The notes below the pieces were generated by a model. That model did not search any database and had not been told where the DNA came from. It saw only the letters and a list, made by a program, of their open reading frames with translations. 64,000 nucleotides of DNA from Myxococcales bacterium (GTDB lineage: Bacteria; Myxococcota; Myxococcia; Myxococcales; JAKAPL01), in assembly GCA_021807105.1 (NCBI GenBank), contig JAKAPL010000003.1, positions 13,017 to 77,016 on the forward strand, written 5' to 3'. Numbering within the stretch: the first letter of the stretch is position 1; each line of letters begins with the position of its first letter. The translations under genes were made by a program, and so were the position numbers. This document shows positions 7,409-16,221 of this stretch, one piece after another.

Positions 7409-8404
7409 TCAGCCGCAGCTCCCCCCGTTGCAGCTCTCCCCGGTCGGGCAGTCCATGTCGAAGGTGCAGGAGCCGCACTGCCCGGTCGAGTAGTCGCAGC
7501 CCGGGGCGTTCGCCGGGCAATCGGTGGGCTTCTGACACTGCACGCAGCGGCCCGCGACGCAGTACGGCGCGCCGGCGTCGGCGCAATCGGCCGGGACTTG
7601 GCAGACGACGCAGACGTTGTCCGGGTTGCAGTACTTTCCGATCCCGGCGTCCCGGCACTCCGCCGCCTCGACGCATTCGACGCAGATGCCGCTGTCGAGG
7701 TCGCAGTCCGGCGTCGCTCCCTGGCAGACCCCGGGGGTCGCACAGCTCTCTGCGCAGGCCCCGTTGGGGAACGTTGGATCGCAGATGAACCCACCAGCGC
7801 AGTCGCTCGACTGGCGGCAGCCGCAGACCCCGCTGGAGAGGCAGACCGGAGCATCACCGCCGCAACCGCCGTTGTTCGTGCAGGCGCACGAACCGTTGTT
7901 GCAGTTCTCGTTCAACGGGCATTCCAGGTCCCCCTGGCAGAAGCCGCAATGACCGCCGGAGCAGCCCGGGTTGTGGTAAGGGCAGTCCGACGGTCCCAGG
8001 CATTCCACGCAGGTATAGGTCATGGGGTCGCAGCGCCCGGCATGAGGCTTGCCAGCGCAGTCGGCGTCGGACAGACAATCGACGCAGGCGCCGGTCATCG
8101 CGTCGCAGACCTGCCCGACGCAGGTGACGCCGCCGTCGGCGCAGCTCGGCCCCCCCCCGCTCGATGTCGATCCGCTCCCCGATCCGCTCGTCGATCCCCC
8201 GCCTGACGCTCCGCTCGTACTCCCGGTCACCCCGCTGGTGCCGCCGCTGGAACTGCTGCTGCCGCCGGAACTACCGCCGCCCCCGCCGCCGCTCGTGCTG
8301 CTCAGGGCCGTCCCGGTCCACCCCCCGTCGCTGCGGGTGATGACCGCCTGACACCCGAGCAGGGCTAGCCCCATCATGGCAAAGAATCGGAGTGCTCGTG
8401 CCAT
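7409..8404 (-). CDS. Cys-rich repeat lipoprotein
   Basis: Start taken at MARALRFFAMMGLALLGC (lipobox LLGC). The ORF-track extension to 8575 is only an off-frame reading of the groEL GGM tail. It has a Ser/Gly linker and then ~8 repeats of the C-x2-C-x3-(D/S)-C-x6-8-C-x5-7-C type. Confidence 0.7.
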   Translation of the reverse strand: MARALRFFAMMGLALLGCQAVITRSDGGWTGTALSSTSGGGGGGSSGGSSSSSGGTSGVTGSTSGASGGGSTSGSGSGSTSSGGGPSCADGGVTCVGQVCDAMTGACVDCLSDADCAGKPHAGRCDPMTYTCVECLGPSDCPYHNPGCSGGHCGFCQGDLECPLNENCNNGSCACTNNGGCGGDAPVCLSSGVCGCRQSSDCAGGFICDPTFPNGACAESCATPGVCQGATPDCDLDSGICVECVEAAECRDAGIGKYCNPDNVCVVCQVPADCADAGAPYCVAGRCVQCQKPTDCPANAPGCDYSTGQCGSCTFDMDCPTGESCNGGSCG

Positions 8405-8428
8405 CGGCCCCGGCGAGCCTAGCAGAAC

Positions 8429-8451
8429 GCGGGGAGCAAGCAAGCTCCCGC
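8429..8451 (-). terminator. GC-rich hairpin after groEL
   Basis: GCGGGGAGC-AAGCAA-GCTCCCGC lies 20 nt downstream of the groEL stop on the minus strand. There is no clear U-tract. Confidence 0.3.
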
Positions 8452-8471
8452 GCCAGGAGCTTCCGAGCCGA

Positions 8472-10169
8472 TCAGAAATCCATGTCCTCGCCGCCGCCGC
8501 CGAAGTCGTCCATGTCCCCCATCCCGCCCATGCCCCCGCCCATGCCACCGCCCATCCCCCCACCCATGCCCCCACCCACCTTGCGCGTCTTCCTCTTCGG
8601 CGCGTCGGCGACCATCGCCTCGGTGGTGAGCAGGAGCGAGGCGACGGAGGCCGCGTTCTGGAGCGCCGTCCGCTCGACCTTGGTCGGGTCGATCACTCCG
8701 GCCTTCTCGAGATCCTCGAACTGCTCGGTCGCGGCGTTGAACCCGAACGCGCCCTTCTCGCCGTTGATCCGCTCGATCACCACGGCCCCTTCGTGACCCG
8801 CGTTGATGGCGATTCGCCTCGCCGGCTCCTCCAGCGCGCGCCGCACGATGTCCACGCCCATGCGCTGGTCGCCGGGGGCCTCGAGCTTCGCGAGCCGGGG
8901 CAGGCAGCGGACGAAAGCCACCCCTCCCCCGGGGACGATCCCCTCCTCAACCGCGGCGCGGGTCGCGTGGAGCGCGTCCTCCACACGGGCCTTGCGCTCC
9001 TTCATCTCGGTCTCGGTCGCCGCGCCGACGTGGATCACAGCCACCCCGCCGGCGATCTTGGCGAGCCGCTCCTGGAGCTTCTCGCGGTCGTAGTCGGAGG
9101 TCGTCTCCTCGATCTGCGCCCGGATCTGCTTGATCCGCCCTTCGATGGCGTCCCGCTTGCCCGCGCCGTCGACGATCGTCGTGTCGTCCTTGTCGATAAC
9201 CACCCGCTTCGCCCGGCCGAGGTCCTTGAGCGTCAGGCTGTCGAGCTTGATCCCCAGCTCCTCGGAGACGACGTTGCCGCCGGTCAGCGTCGCGATGTCC
9301 TTGAGGATCTCCTTGCGCCGGTCGCCGAAGCCGGGCGCCTTGACCGCGGCGCACTTGAGCGTCCCGCGCAGCTTGTTGACCACCAGCGTCGCCAGCGCCT
9401 CCCCCTCGACCTCCTCGGCGATCAGGAGGATCGGCTTGCTGCCCCGGGCCACCTGCTCGAGCAGCGGAACGAGGTCGGCCATCGCCGAGAGCTTCTTCTC
9501 GGTGATCAGGATGTAGGGGTCCTCCAGGACCGTCTCCATCCGCTCCGCGTTCGTCACGAAGTAGGGAGAGATGTAGCCGCGGTCGAACTGCATCCCTTCG
9601 ACGACCTCCAAGGTCGTCTCCATCCCCTTCGCCTCTTCGACCGTGATCACCCCCTCCTTGCCGACCTTCTCCATCGCCTCGGCGATGATGTTGCCGATCG
9701 TCTCGTCGCCGTTCGCGGAGATGATGCCGACCTGGGCGATCTCCTTCTTGCCGCGGGTCTCCTTGGAGAGCTTCTTCAGCTCGTCGATCACGGCCTCCAC
9801 CGCGCGGTCGATGCCACGCTTCAGATCCATCGGGCTGTGACCGGCCGCAACGAGCTTGAGCCCTTCCTCGTAAATCGCGCGGGCGAGGACCGTCGCGGTC
9901 GTCGTCCCATCGCCCGCCTTGTCCGAGGTCTTGCTCGCGACCTCGCGGACCATCTTCGCCCCCATGTCCTCGAACTTGTTCTCCAGCTCGATTTCCTTGG
10001 CAACCGTCACCCCGTCCTTGGTCACCGTGGGCGATCCGAACGACTTCTCGATGACCACGTTCCGGCCCCGGGGGCCGAGCGTCACGGCCACCGCGTTGCT
10101 GAGCGTCACCACGCCGCGCAGGATGGCCTCGCGGGCGAGTTGGTGGAAGTAGATCTCTTTGGCGGACAT
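8472..10169 (-). CDS. groEL: chaperonin GroEL (Hsp60)
   Basis: 565 aa. [20 protein letters not shown]...[32 protein letters not shown], full-length GroEL pattern, C-terminal GGM repeats, and SD GGAGGAG. No groES ORF lies upstream. Confidence 0.95.
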   Translation of the reverse strand: MSAKEIYFHQLAREAILRGVVTLSNAVAVTLGPRGRNVVIEKSFGSPTVTKDGVTVAKEIELENKFEDMGAKMVREVASKTSDKAGDGTTTATVLARAIYEEGLKLVAAGHSPMDLKRGIDRAVEAVIDELKKLSKETRGKKEIAQVGIISANGDETIGNIIAEAMEKVGKEGVITVEEAKGMETTLEVVEGMQFDRGYISPYFVTNAERMETVLEDPYILITEKKLSAMADLVPLLEQVARGSKPILLIAEEVEGEALATLVVNKLRGTLKCAAVKAPGFGDRRKEILKDIATLTGGNVVSEELGIKLDSLTLKDLGRAKRVVIDKDDTTIVDGAGKRDAIEGRIKQIRAQIEETTSDYDREKLQERLAKIAGGVAVIHVGAATETEMKERKARVEDALHATRAAVEEGIVPGGGVAFVRCLPRLAKLEAPGDQRMGVDIVRRALEEPARRIAINAGHEGAVVIERINGEKGAFGFNAATEQFEDLEKAGVIDPTKVERTALQNAASVASLLLTTEAMVADAPKRKTRKVGGGMGGGMGGGMGGGMGGMGDMDDFGGGGEDMDF

Positions 10170-10241
10170 CGTCTCCTCCGTTTTCTTTCCAAAACTGAAG
10201 TGGGCCGCGGTGCGGCAGGCGCCTACCCGCGAGCGGCGCGT

Positions 10242-10269
10242 AATCTAACCGCGGGCAGATCCGTGTCAA
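10242..10269 (-). promoter_or_regulatory. candidate sigma70-type promoter of groEL
   Basis: The minus strand reads TTGACA-16 nt-TAGATT (TGTCAA at 10264-10269 and AATCTA at 10242-10247 on the plus strand), about 70 nt upstream of the groEL ATG. Confidence 0.4.
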
Positions 10270-10440
10270 GGGTGGTTTAACCCAAGAGGAGCGACCTCGT
10301 CTTCTTGAGGCAACCGCTCGATTCCTGGACCCGTTCCCCTCCCGTCCCCGTTCTCGTCCCCGATACCCGACGGTCCGAGGCCTTCGCCCCCGGCTCATCC
10401 TTCTCGAACTCGAAGGCGTGCTCCTGCCGCCACGACGGGG

Positions 10441-11177
10441 CTCATCCAACGCTGGAACGATGGGTCCTGCGGCTGGAAGGGCCGCTCATGCGGCTGCAAA
10501 CGTGGCTCATGCCGCATGAACCCGACTTCATCCCGGATGCGAAGCCGTTCATGGTCGATGAGATCGATCTCATCCGGCATGAATGTCGATTCATTCGCCA
10601 TGAATTCAGTTTCATCCGCCTTCCCTTGGCCTTCATGGGGCATGAGCTGGCTTTCATGCAGGAGGATCGGGCCTTCATCCCGGATGCGAAGCCGTTCATG
10701 GTCGATGAGATCGATCTCATCCGGCATGAATGTTGGTTCATTCGCCATGAATTCAGTTTCATCCGTCTTCCCTTGGCCTTCATGGGGCATGAGCTGGCTT
10801 TCATGCAGGAGGATCGGGACTTCATCCCGGATGCGAAGCCGTTCATGGTCGATGAGATCGATCTCATCCGGCATGAATGTCGATTCATCCCCCATGAATT
10901 CAGTTTCATCCGCCTTCCCTTGGCTTTCATGGAGCATGCGCTGACTTTCATGCAGGAGGATCGGGCCTTCATCGAGCATGAGCTGGCTTTCATGCGACAT
11001 GAGCTCGTCTTCGTGCGGGAGGAGCCTGTCATCATCGAGCATGACCTGGTCTTCATGCGGGAGGATCAGGCTTTCATGGGGCATGAGCTCGTCTTCATCC
11101 GGCATGAGCATTCCCTCCATGCCGCATGAGCGGCTCTCCATGCGGCAGGATCTCTGTTCATCCGGGATGGGCGCCAG
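10441..11177. repeat. array of ~35 phase-locked 21-bp units with an internal TCAT-N5/6-ATGA inverted repeat
   Basis: Units start at 10485+21k with no indel through 11177. Examples: TTCATGGGGCATGAGCTGGCT, TTCATTCGCCATGAATTCAGT, TTCATGCGACATGAGCTCGTC. Local GC is visibly lower than in the flanks. It lies between divergent groEL and hsp70. Confidence 0.85.
10526..10966. repeat. three tandem 147-bp higher-order repeats (7 x 21 bp each)
   Basis: Copies start at 10526, 10673 and 10820. They differ at only 4-5 positions from each other (about 97% identity). Confidence 0.9.
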
Positions 11178-11755
11178 CCACAGGCGAATGGCCGCGAGCC
11201 CCTCCTCCTGGAAGCACCGATCCTCCGCCATGAACATGACTTCAGCGTCGATGAATGGAGCGCTCTTTGCAAGGGATGTGCGTTCATCGGGGCAGCGGTG
11301 AGGGCGATCCGGGTCCGCCGCCGTTTCGTGCCGAACGCTTGCGGCGTTGCGCCTGCATTATCGCCTCTGGCGTCGCACGATCGCGAGGTCATGATGCATG
11401 GAGGTCGACAGGTGCGGACCGCGAGAGGCGATCGCCCCCGCGCGATCGCGATCCATGCGCGTCTTCGTCCTGGCCGAGCCCCATGGAATCGATCGATGAA
11501 CGGCTCTGGGGGCTGCGCTGCCCGCAGGCGTGAGGAGGGAGCACGCCCCCTGAGGTCGCGGTAGGGATGGCAAGTCCCTCCGTCGCGCCCTGCTCGGGCG
11601 ATAGGGGCGCCTCGACTTCTGGGGTCAAGAGCGAAGCTGGGGAGCAGCCCCCTTCTCGCCGCTCAGGGCCGCGCCTCAGAAGGGGTGAGGCCGCGTACGG
11701 ACGGATCGGGGGAGCGCCCGCCCCATCGTCCTCGCGACGTGGTAACGTAGCCCCG

Positions 11756-13357
11756 ATGGCTCGCCCCTCCGCCGTCGGCGACGCTCTGGCGTTAGGCATC
11801 GACCTCGGGACGTCCTATAGCTGCGTCGCGGTCGTCCAGGACGGCAAGCCCGTCGTCGTGCCCAACGAGCGCGGGGAGCGAACCCACGCCTCGGTCGTCT
11901 CCTTCCTGCCAGACGGGGTCGTGCGCGTCGGCAACGAGGCGAAGAAGAACATCGTCCTCAACGCGGAGAACACGATCTACAGCGCGAAGCGGCTGATCGG
12001 CCGCTTCTTCTTCTCCGAGGAGGTGAAGCGGGCGCGAGCGCTGATGTCCTACACGATCGTCGAGGGAGAGAACCACGGCGTCCGCGTCCGGGCCGGCGGC
12101 CAGGATCTGTCTCTGCCGGAGGTCTCGGCGTTCGTGCTGCGGGAGATGAAGGCCATCGCCAGCCGCTTCCTCGGGCACGAAGTCACCCGGGCGGTCATCA
12201 CGGTCCCAGCCTACTTCAACGACAACCAGCGCCAGGCGACGCGCGACGCGGGCCGGATCGCCGGGCTCGAAGTCCTCCGGATCGTGAACGAGCCGACCGC
12301 GGCGGCGCTCGCCTACGGCGTCGGGCGCGGGCTCAAGCAGAAGGTGGCGATCTACGATCTGGGCGGCGGCACGTTCGACGTGTCGATCCTGGAGATCGGC
12401 GGCGACGTGTTCGAGGTGCTCGCGACCGCGGGAGACACGTTCCTCGGCGGCGACGACTTCGACGCCCGGATCGTCGGCTGGCTCGCGGATGGCTTCCTGA
12501 AGGAGCACGCACTCGACCTGCGGCAGAATCGCGTCTGCCTCCAGCGGCTGAAGGAAGCGGGCGAGAAGGCCAAGATCGACGTGGGCCGGGAGGGCCGGGC
12601 GGCGATCCATCTCCCCGCGATCTGCCAGGACATGCAGGGGCGGGTCATGGATCTCGACCAGACGCTTCCCGCCGCGCAGTTCGACTCGATGGTCGGGGAC
12701 CTGGTCCAGCGGACATTCAAGGTCTGCGACGAGGCGCTCCAGTCGGCGCACCTCGCCGCCGCGGATCTCGACGTGGTGATCCTCGTCGGCGGCCCCACCA
12801 GGTTGCCGATCATCCGCCGGTCGGTGGAGCAGTACTTCCAGAAGAACCCGATCACCGGCATCGACCCCGACGAAGTCGTGGCGATGGGAGCGGCCCTCCA
12901 GGCCCAGGCGCTCCTCGACGTCCGGGCCGCCAACACGCTGCTCGACGTGACGCCGCTGACGCTGCGGATCGGGACGGTGGGCGGCTACACCGAGACGATC
13001 ATCGACAAGAACACGCCGATCCCGATCGAGAAGACGAAGTCCTTCACGACGAGCCGCGACGGCCAGGACCGGGTCCGGATCCGGGTCTACCAGGGCGAGG
13101 ACGGTCGGGCGGAGGCGTGCGAGATGCTCGGCGAGTTCGAGTTCACGGGATTCCGCGTGGGCCTGCGGGGAGAGGTCAGGATCGACGTGACCTTCGAGAT
13201 CGACAGCAACGGCATCGTCAACGTCTCGGCCGCCGACGCCGAATCGGGGCAGCGGGCCTCGACGACCCTCCACCTCTCTTCCGGCCTGACCGAGCAGGAT
13301 ATCCAGGCCGCGTCGACCCGGGTCGCACGGGCGCCCGACCTGCCCGCGACCCTGTAG
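11756..13357 (+). CDS. Hsp70-family ATPase lacking the C-terminal helical lid (HscC-like)
   Basis: Start taken at MARPSAVGDALALGIDLGTSYS. Motifs GIDLGTSYS, DLGGGTFDVSILE and VILVGGPTRLPIIRRSVEQYF. At 533 aa it ends shortly after the beta-sandwich substrate domain. Confidence 0.85.
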   Translation: MARPSAVGDALALGIDLGTSYSCVAVVQDGKPVVVPNERGERTHASVVSFLPDGVVRVGNEAKKNIVLNAENTIYSAKRLIGRFFFSEEVKRARALMSYTIVEGENHGVRVRAGGQDLSLPEVSAFVLREMKAIASRFLGHEVTRAVITVPAYFNDNQRQATRDAGRIAGLEVLRIVNEPTAAALAYGVGRGLKQKVAIYDLGGGTFDVSILEIGGDVFEVLATAGDTFLGGDDFDARIVGWLADGFLKEHALDLRQNRVCLQRLKEAGEKAKIDVGREGRAAIHLPAICQDMQGRVMDLDQTLPAAQFDSMVGDLVQRTFKVCDEALQSAHLAAADLDVVILVGGPTRLPIIRRSVEQYFQKNPITGIDPDEVVAMGAALQAQALLDVRAANTLLDVTPLTLRIGTVGGYTETIIDKNTPIPIEKTKSFTTSRDGQDRVRIRVYQGEDGRAEACEMLGEFEFTGFRVGLRGEVRIDVTFEIDSNGIVNVSAADAESGQRASTTLHLSSGLTEQDIQAASTRVARAPDLPATL

Positions 13358-13366
13358 GGCGGCGGC

Positions 13367-13921
13367 ATGGACCCAGCGTTCGAGATCGAGACCGAGGCGC
13401 TCTGGGGGGTCCTCGACACGCTCGACTATTTTCAGCTCCTCGACCTGCCCCGGACGGCGAGTCCGGCGCAGATCCGGCAGGCTTTCCACGAAAAATCGCG
13501 GCTCTACCACCCGGACCGGATGAGCGCCCTCCCCGATTCGCCGCTGAAGGCCCACGCCTTCCGGATCTACAAGCGGATCGTCGAGGCGTACGTGACGCTG
13601 CGCGACGATCAGAGGCGCGAGCGCTACCGCGCGGACCTCGCGAGGCCCGACCGCGAGAAGAAGCTTCGCTTCGACGAAGGGGGCGAGCAGGAGACGAAGG
13701 CGGCCTACCGCCGTCAGGTGGAAGAACAGTTCGGGCAGACGCCGCGCGGGCGGGCGCTCTACCGGCAGGCGCAGGCGGATCTCGAGGCAGGGCGGGTCGA
13801 GGCCGCCGTCCGCGGCCTCAAGATGGCCTTGACGTTCGAACCCCGGAACGCGCGCTTCGCGGAGCTGCTCGCCCAGGCGGAGAGAGGGCTCGTTCACGGC
13901 CCTCGCTTCGAGATCAAGTAG
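13367..13921 (+). CDS. J-domain (DnaJ-like) co-chaperone with a TPR-like C-terminal helix pair
   Basis: 184 aa. DYFQLLDLPRTASPAQIRQAFHEKSRLYHPDR contains the HPD tripeptide. It starts 9 nt after the Hsp70 stop. Confidence 0.8.
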   Translation: MDPAFEIETEALWGVLDTLDYFQLLDLPRTASPAQIRQAFHEKSRLYHPDRMSALPDSPLKAHAFRIYKRIVEAYVTLRDDQRRERYRADLARPDREKKLRFDEGGEQETKAAYRRQVEEQFGQTPRGRALYRQAQADLEAGRVEAAVRGLKMALTFEPRNARFAELLAQAERGLVHGPRFEIK

Positions 13922-14470
13922 ATGATCCTCGACATCTGGGCCCTCCTCCTCGTCGCGATCTTCGCCATCGGCGGAGCGGTCGTGGGGCTGTCCGGGCAGG
14001 CGGCGCGCCTGCTCGCCCTGGCCGGGGCGACCGTCGCTGCCCTGTTGACCGGGTCGCGCCTGGGCGGATTCCTGCCCGCGCTCGCCCCGCGGCCCATGCG
14101 GACCGCGCTCGCGGCGGCGCTGGTGGGCATCGTCGTCTATCTGCTCCTCTCGTCCCTGCTCCGGTCGCTGCTGCGGCGGATCTTCACCCGCGGGAGAGGG
14201 GTCGACCGGCTGCTCGGGGGAGCGCTGGGCGCGGCGCAGGGCGGCTATCTCGCCTACCTGTTCGCGCTGCTCCTGCCGGTCGTGAACCTCGGGTTCCGCG
14301 CCGCGGGGTCTCGCCTCTACGTTCGGACCGAGGGCTCGCGGCTCGCCCGCTTCGCGGCGCTCCATCCCCTGCCGCTCGAGGCGGTGGACGAGCGACGGGA
14401 GCTGCGCAGGATCATCGATCGGGTCCGAGGGCTCCCGTCGCCGGGCGTGACGAGCTCGACGAAGAGATGA
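13922..14470 (+). CDS. CvpA-family integral membrane protein
   Basis: 182 aa. The ATG directly follows the upstream TAG. Four predicted TM helices and an N-terminus MILDIWALLLVAIFAIGGAVVG typical of CvpA. Confidence 0.55.
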   Translation: MILDIWALLLVAIFAIGGAVVGLSGQAARLLALAGATVAALLTGSRLGGFLPALAPRPMRTALAAALVGIVVYLLLSSLLRSLLRRIFTRGRGVDRLLGGALGAAQGGYLAYLFALLLPVVNLGFRAAGSRLYVRTEGSRLARFAALHPLPLEAVDERRELRRIIDRVRGLPSPGVTSSTKR

Positions 14471-14485
14471 GGGGCGTCCGGCGGC

Positions 14486-15967
14486 TCACGGGGCCGGCTT
14501 CTTCGGCAGGCCCGCGGCCACGATCTGCGCCGCTCGCAGGCCGGCGAGGAACTCACCCTCGAAGCCAAGCCCCGGGAGCACTTCGCGGCTCGCGAGGACG
14601 AGGTTCGCGATCGGCCCGCGCGCAGGCAGGCCGGTGACCCCGAGCGTTCCCCGCCGGCCGATCTCCAGCCTGGGGTGGATCCGGAGCCGCGCCGAGAGGC
14701 CGTCCTCCTCCTCAAGCTGGGGCGAGCTTTCGAAGTGGACGTGGCGTTCATGGAACGGCAGGAAGGGGGCCGCGGCTCTCCGCATCGCGGAGAGGGCGGC
14801 GCGGACCTCGACGTGGGAGTGCAACGTCGCCGGGAGCTGGAAGGAGAGCTGGAGCACGGCGGCTCCGCTCTCCTTCCCCTGCTCATCGAGGGCCGGCGTG
14901 GTCTGGACGAGCAGGGCGGGTATCGACGGCTCGCCGGTGAGGCAGAGCGCGACGGGGCCAAGGCCGGGAGGCAGCCCCTCGGTGGAGACGACGAGGTTCT
15001 GCGAGAGGAGCGCCCCATGGGGCTTCACGGTCGAGAGGAGGCCGCCCAGCCTGCCATCCGCCGCCCGCGCCGGCAGCAGGTCGCGCAGCTCCGCCGCGTC
15101 GAGCGCCGCCACGAAGAAGGAGGCCCGCCATTCGTGCGGGGACCCCTCGATACGGGCCCGCACGATCCTCCCCTTCTCGATATCGAGCCCCTCGATGGCC
15201 GACGGCGCCCCGCCGTTGCCGAGGACCGTCCCTCCCGCGGCCTCGACCCGGCGGAACAGCTCGGCCGCGAGCCCCTCGGCCCCCCCGGGGAAGAACTGGA
15301 CCCCACGGAGGAGCTGCGCCAGCGGCCGCTGGGCGGCCCGCGAGGAAGGTCCGTCCTCCAGGAGCCCACTCCCGAGGCGCCAGAGCTCGGAGAGGGCGCC
15401 TCCCATCTCGCTGTCCCGCGGCTCCGCCGGCCGGGCGCCGAGGCCGGGGTGGGCCCGCAGCGCTCGCCGCACCCTCCACGCGCCGGCGATCCCGCACGGC
15501 GGCAGAAGCGGTTTAGCGAAGAACGGGCCGTCCTCTTCCGCGGCGGCGAGGAGGGCGTCGATCTCTTCCGCGGCCCCCCGCCCGAGCTCGCCCAGCTCGC
15601 GGGAAAGCTCCGCCGCCCGCTGTCGAGCGTCGAGCGCGAGCGTGAGCCGCATCCGCGCCGCGAGAACCTGGACCGGCACGGGGGCCCCTGCGAGCCGCTG
15701 CACGTCGGCGCCGGCGGAGATCTCCGCGAGCACCGCGACCGCCGAGGGGAGCGAGCGGAGCGCCGGGAAGAACGCCGGCCCGGAAGGAAGCAGGAACCCG
15801 CCGCCGCGGTAGGCCAGCGGGCAGGCCCCGTGCGTCACCGCGAGCACGCGATGGCCACGGCGCGCGAGCAGGGCCGCGGCGATCGCCCCGGGGATCTGCG
15901 TCCCGAACACGAGCGCGTCGTAGCTCTGCCGGCTCGGCAGGCTTCGGGGGGCCTTTCTCATGACCAA
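14486..15967 (-). CDS. FAD/NAD(P)-binding oxidoreductase (phytoene-desaturase-like)
   Basis: 493 aa. N-terminal dinucleotide-binding stretch YDALVFGTQIPGAIAAALLARRGHRVLAV. The rest is of amine-oxidase/desaturase length. Confidence 0.55.
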   Translation of the reverse strand: MVMRKAPRSLPSRQSYDALVFGTQIPGAIAAALLARRGHRVLAVTHGACPLAYRGGGFLLPSGPAFFPALRSLPSAVAVLAEISAGADVQRLAGAPVPVQVLAARMRLTLALDARQRAAELSRELGELGRGAAEEIDALLAAAEEDGPFFAKPLLPPCGIAGAWRVRRALRAHPGLGARPAEPRDSEMGGALSELWRLGSGLLEDGPSSRAAQRPLAQLLRGVQFFPGGAEGLAAELFRRVEAAGGTVLGNGGAPSAIEGLDIEKGRIVRARIEGSPHEWRASFFVAALDAAELRDLLPARAADGRLGGLLSTVKPHGALLSQNLVVSTEGLPPGLGPVALCLTGEPSIPALLVQTTPALDEQGKESGAAVLQLSFQLPATLHSHVEVRAALSAMRRAAAPFLPFHERHVHFESSPQLEEEDGLSARLRIHPRLEIGRRGTLGVTGLPARGPIANLVLASREVLPGLGFEGEFLAGLRAAQIVAAGLPKKPAP

Positions 15968-16221
15968 TGACCGTTCACGACGCGGGATCCTCGAAGGCAG
16001 GAGCGGGAAGCGATTCAGAGCCCTTCCGGCCTGCCCGCTCTCATCGAGAGATCAGCCTCTCCGTTCTACTACCACCTGATCGATCACTTCCGGGAGTCGT
16101 CGCGGGACGAGAGAACGTCATCGAGGGAAGCGGGGAACGCGGCTGCCTCGATGTCGAGCTTCAGGTCTTCTGATGGTCGTGGGGGCCCTGGGGGGCGGCC
16201 GGCGGTCGGGATGAACGCGGA

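Noticed and set aside
8405-8575. N-terminal extension of the Cys-rich lipoprotein ORF back to 8575
   Set aside because: The extension ([20 protein letters not shown]...) is an alternative-frame reading of the groEL GGM tail. A canonical lipoprotein signal peptide starts at the internal ATG 8404.
8376-10280. 634-aa plus-strand ORF and 500-aa minus-strand ORF (8947..10449) overlapping groEL
   Set aside because: The groEL frame is unambiguous. The others are shadow ORFs with Arg/Gly/Pro-dominated low-complexity composition.
10170-10440. CIRCE/HrcA operator or a small groES gene upstream of groEL
   Set aside because: I looked for TTAGCACTC-N9-GAGTGCTAA and for a ~95-codon ORF on the minus strand, and neither is present.
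10441-11177. CRISPR array interpretation of the 21-bp and 147-bp repeats (also for 31357..31830)
   Set aside because: The repeats are contiguous with no unique spacers between them. The unit length is below typical CRISPR repeats, and no cas genes are in the window.
10305-11237. Four overlapping ORFs (274, 280, 204 and 142 aa) across the 21-bp array, taken as protein-coding genes
   Set aside because: Four open frames out of six is a trivial consequence of a repeat period divisible by 3, with the TGA confined to one phase per strand. AT-ending His/Glu codons (CAT, GAA) on both strands contradict the genome's codon bias. I report the region as a repeat and finding rather than a CDS, and I leave the coding option open there.
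11690-11755. Sigma32-type heat-shock promoter upstream of hsp70 (CCCCATCGT at ~11721)
   Set aside because: There is a -10-like CCCCAT box, but no CTTGAA-like -35 element at 13-17 nt upstream. This is too weak to call.
11792-14365. 857-aa minus-strand ORF opposite the Hsp70 / J-protein / CvpA genes. Similar giants occur at 16823..19321, 25950..27950, 33430..35355, 37051..39303, 42419..44968, 53459..55477 and 59747..61378.
   Set aside because: All lie antisense or off-frame to genes with clear family motifs. They have RGPAD-rich composition and no start-site context. This is the expected artefact of about 70% GC with GC3 near saturation.
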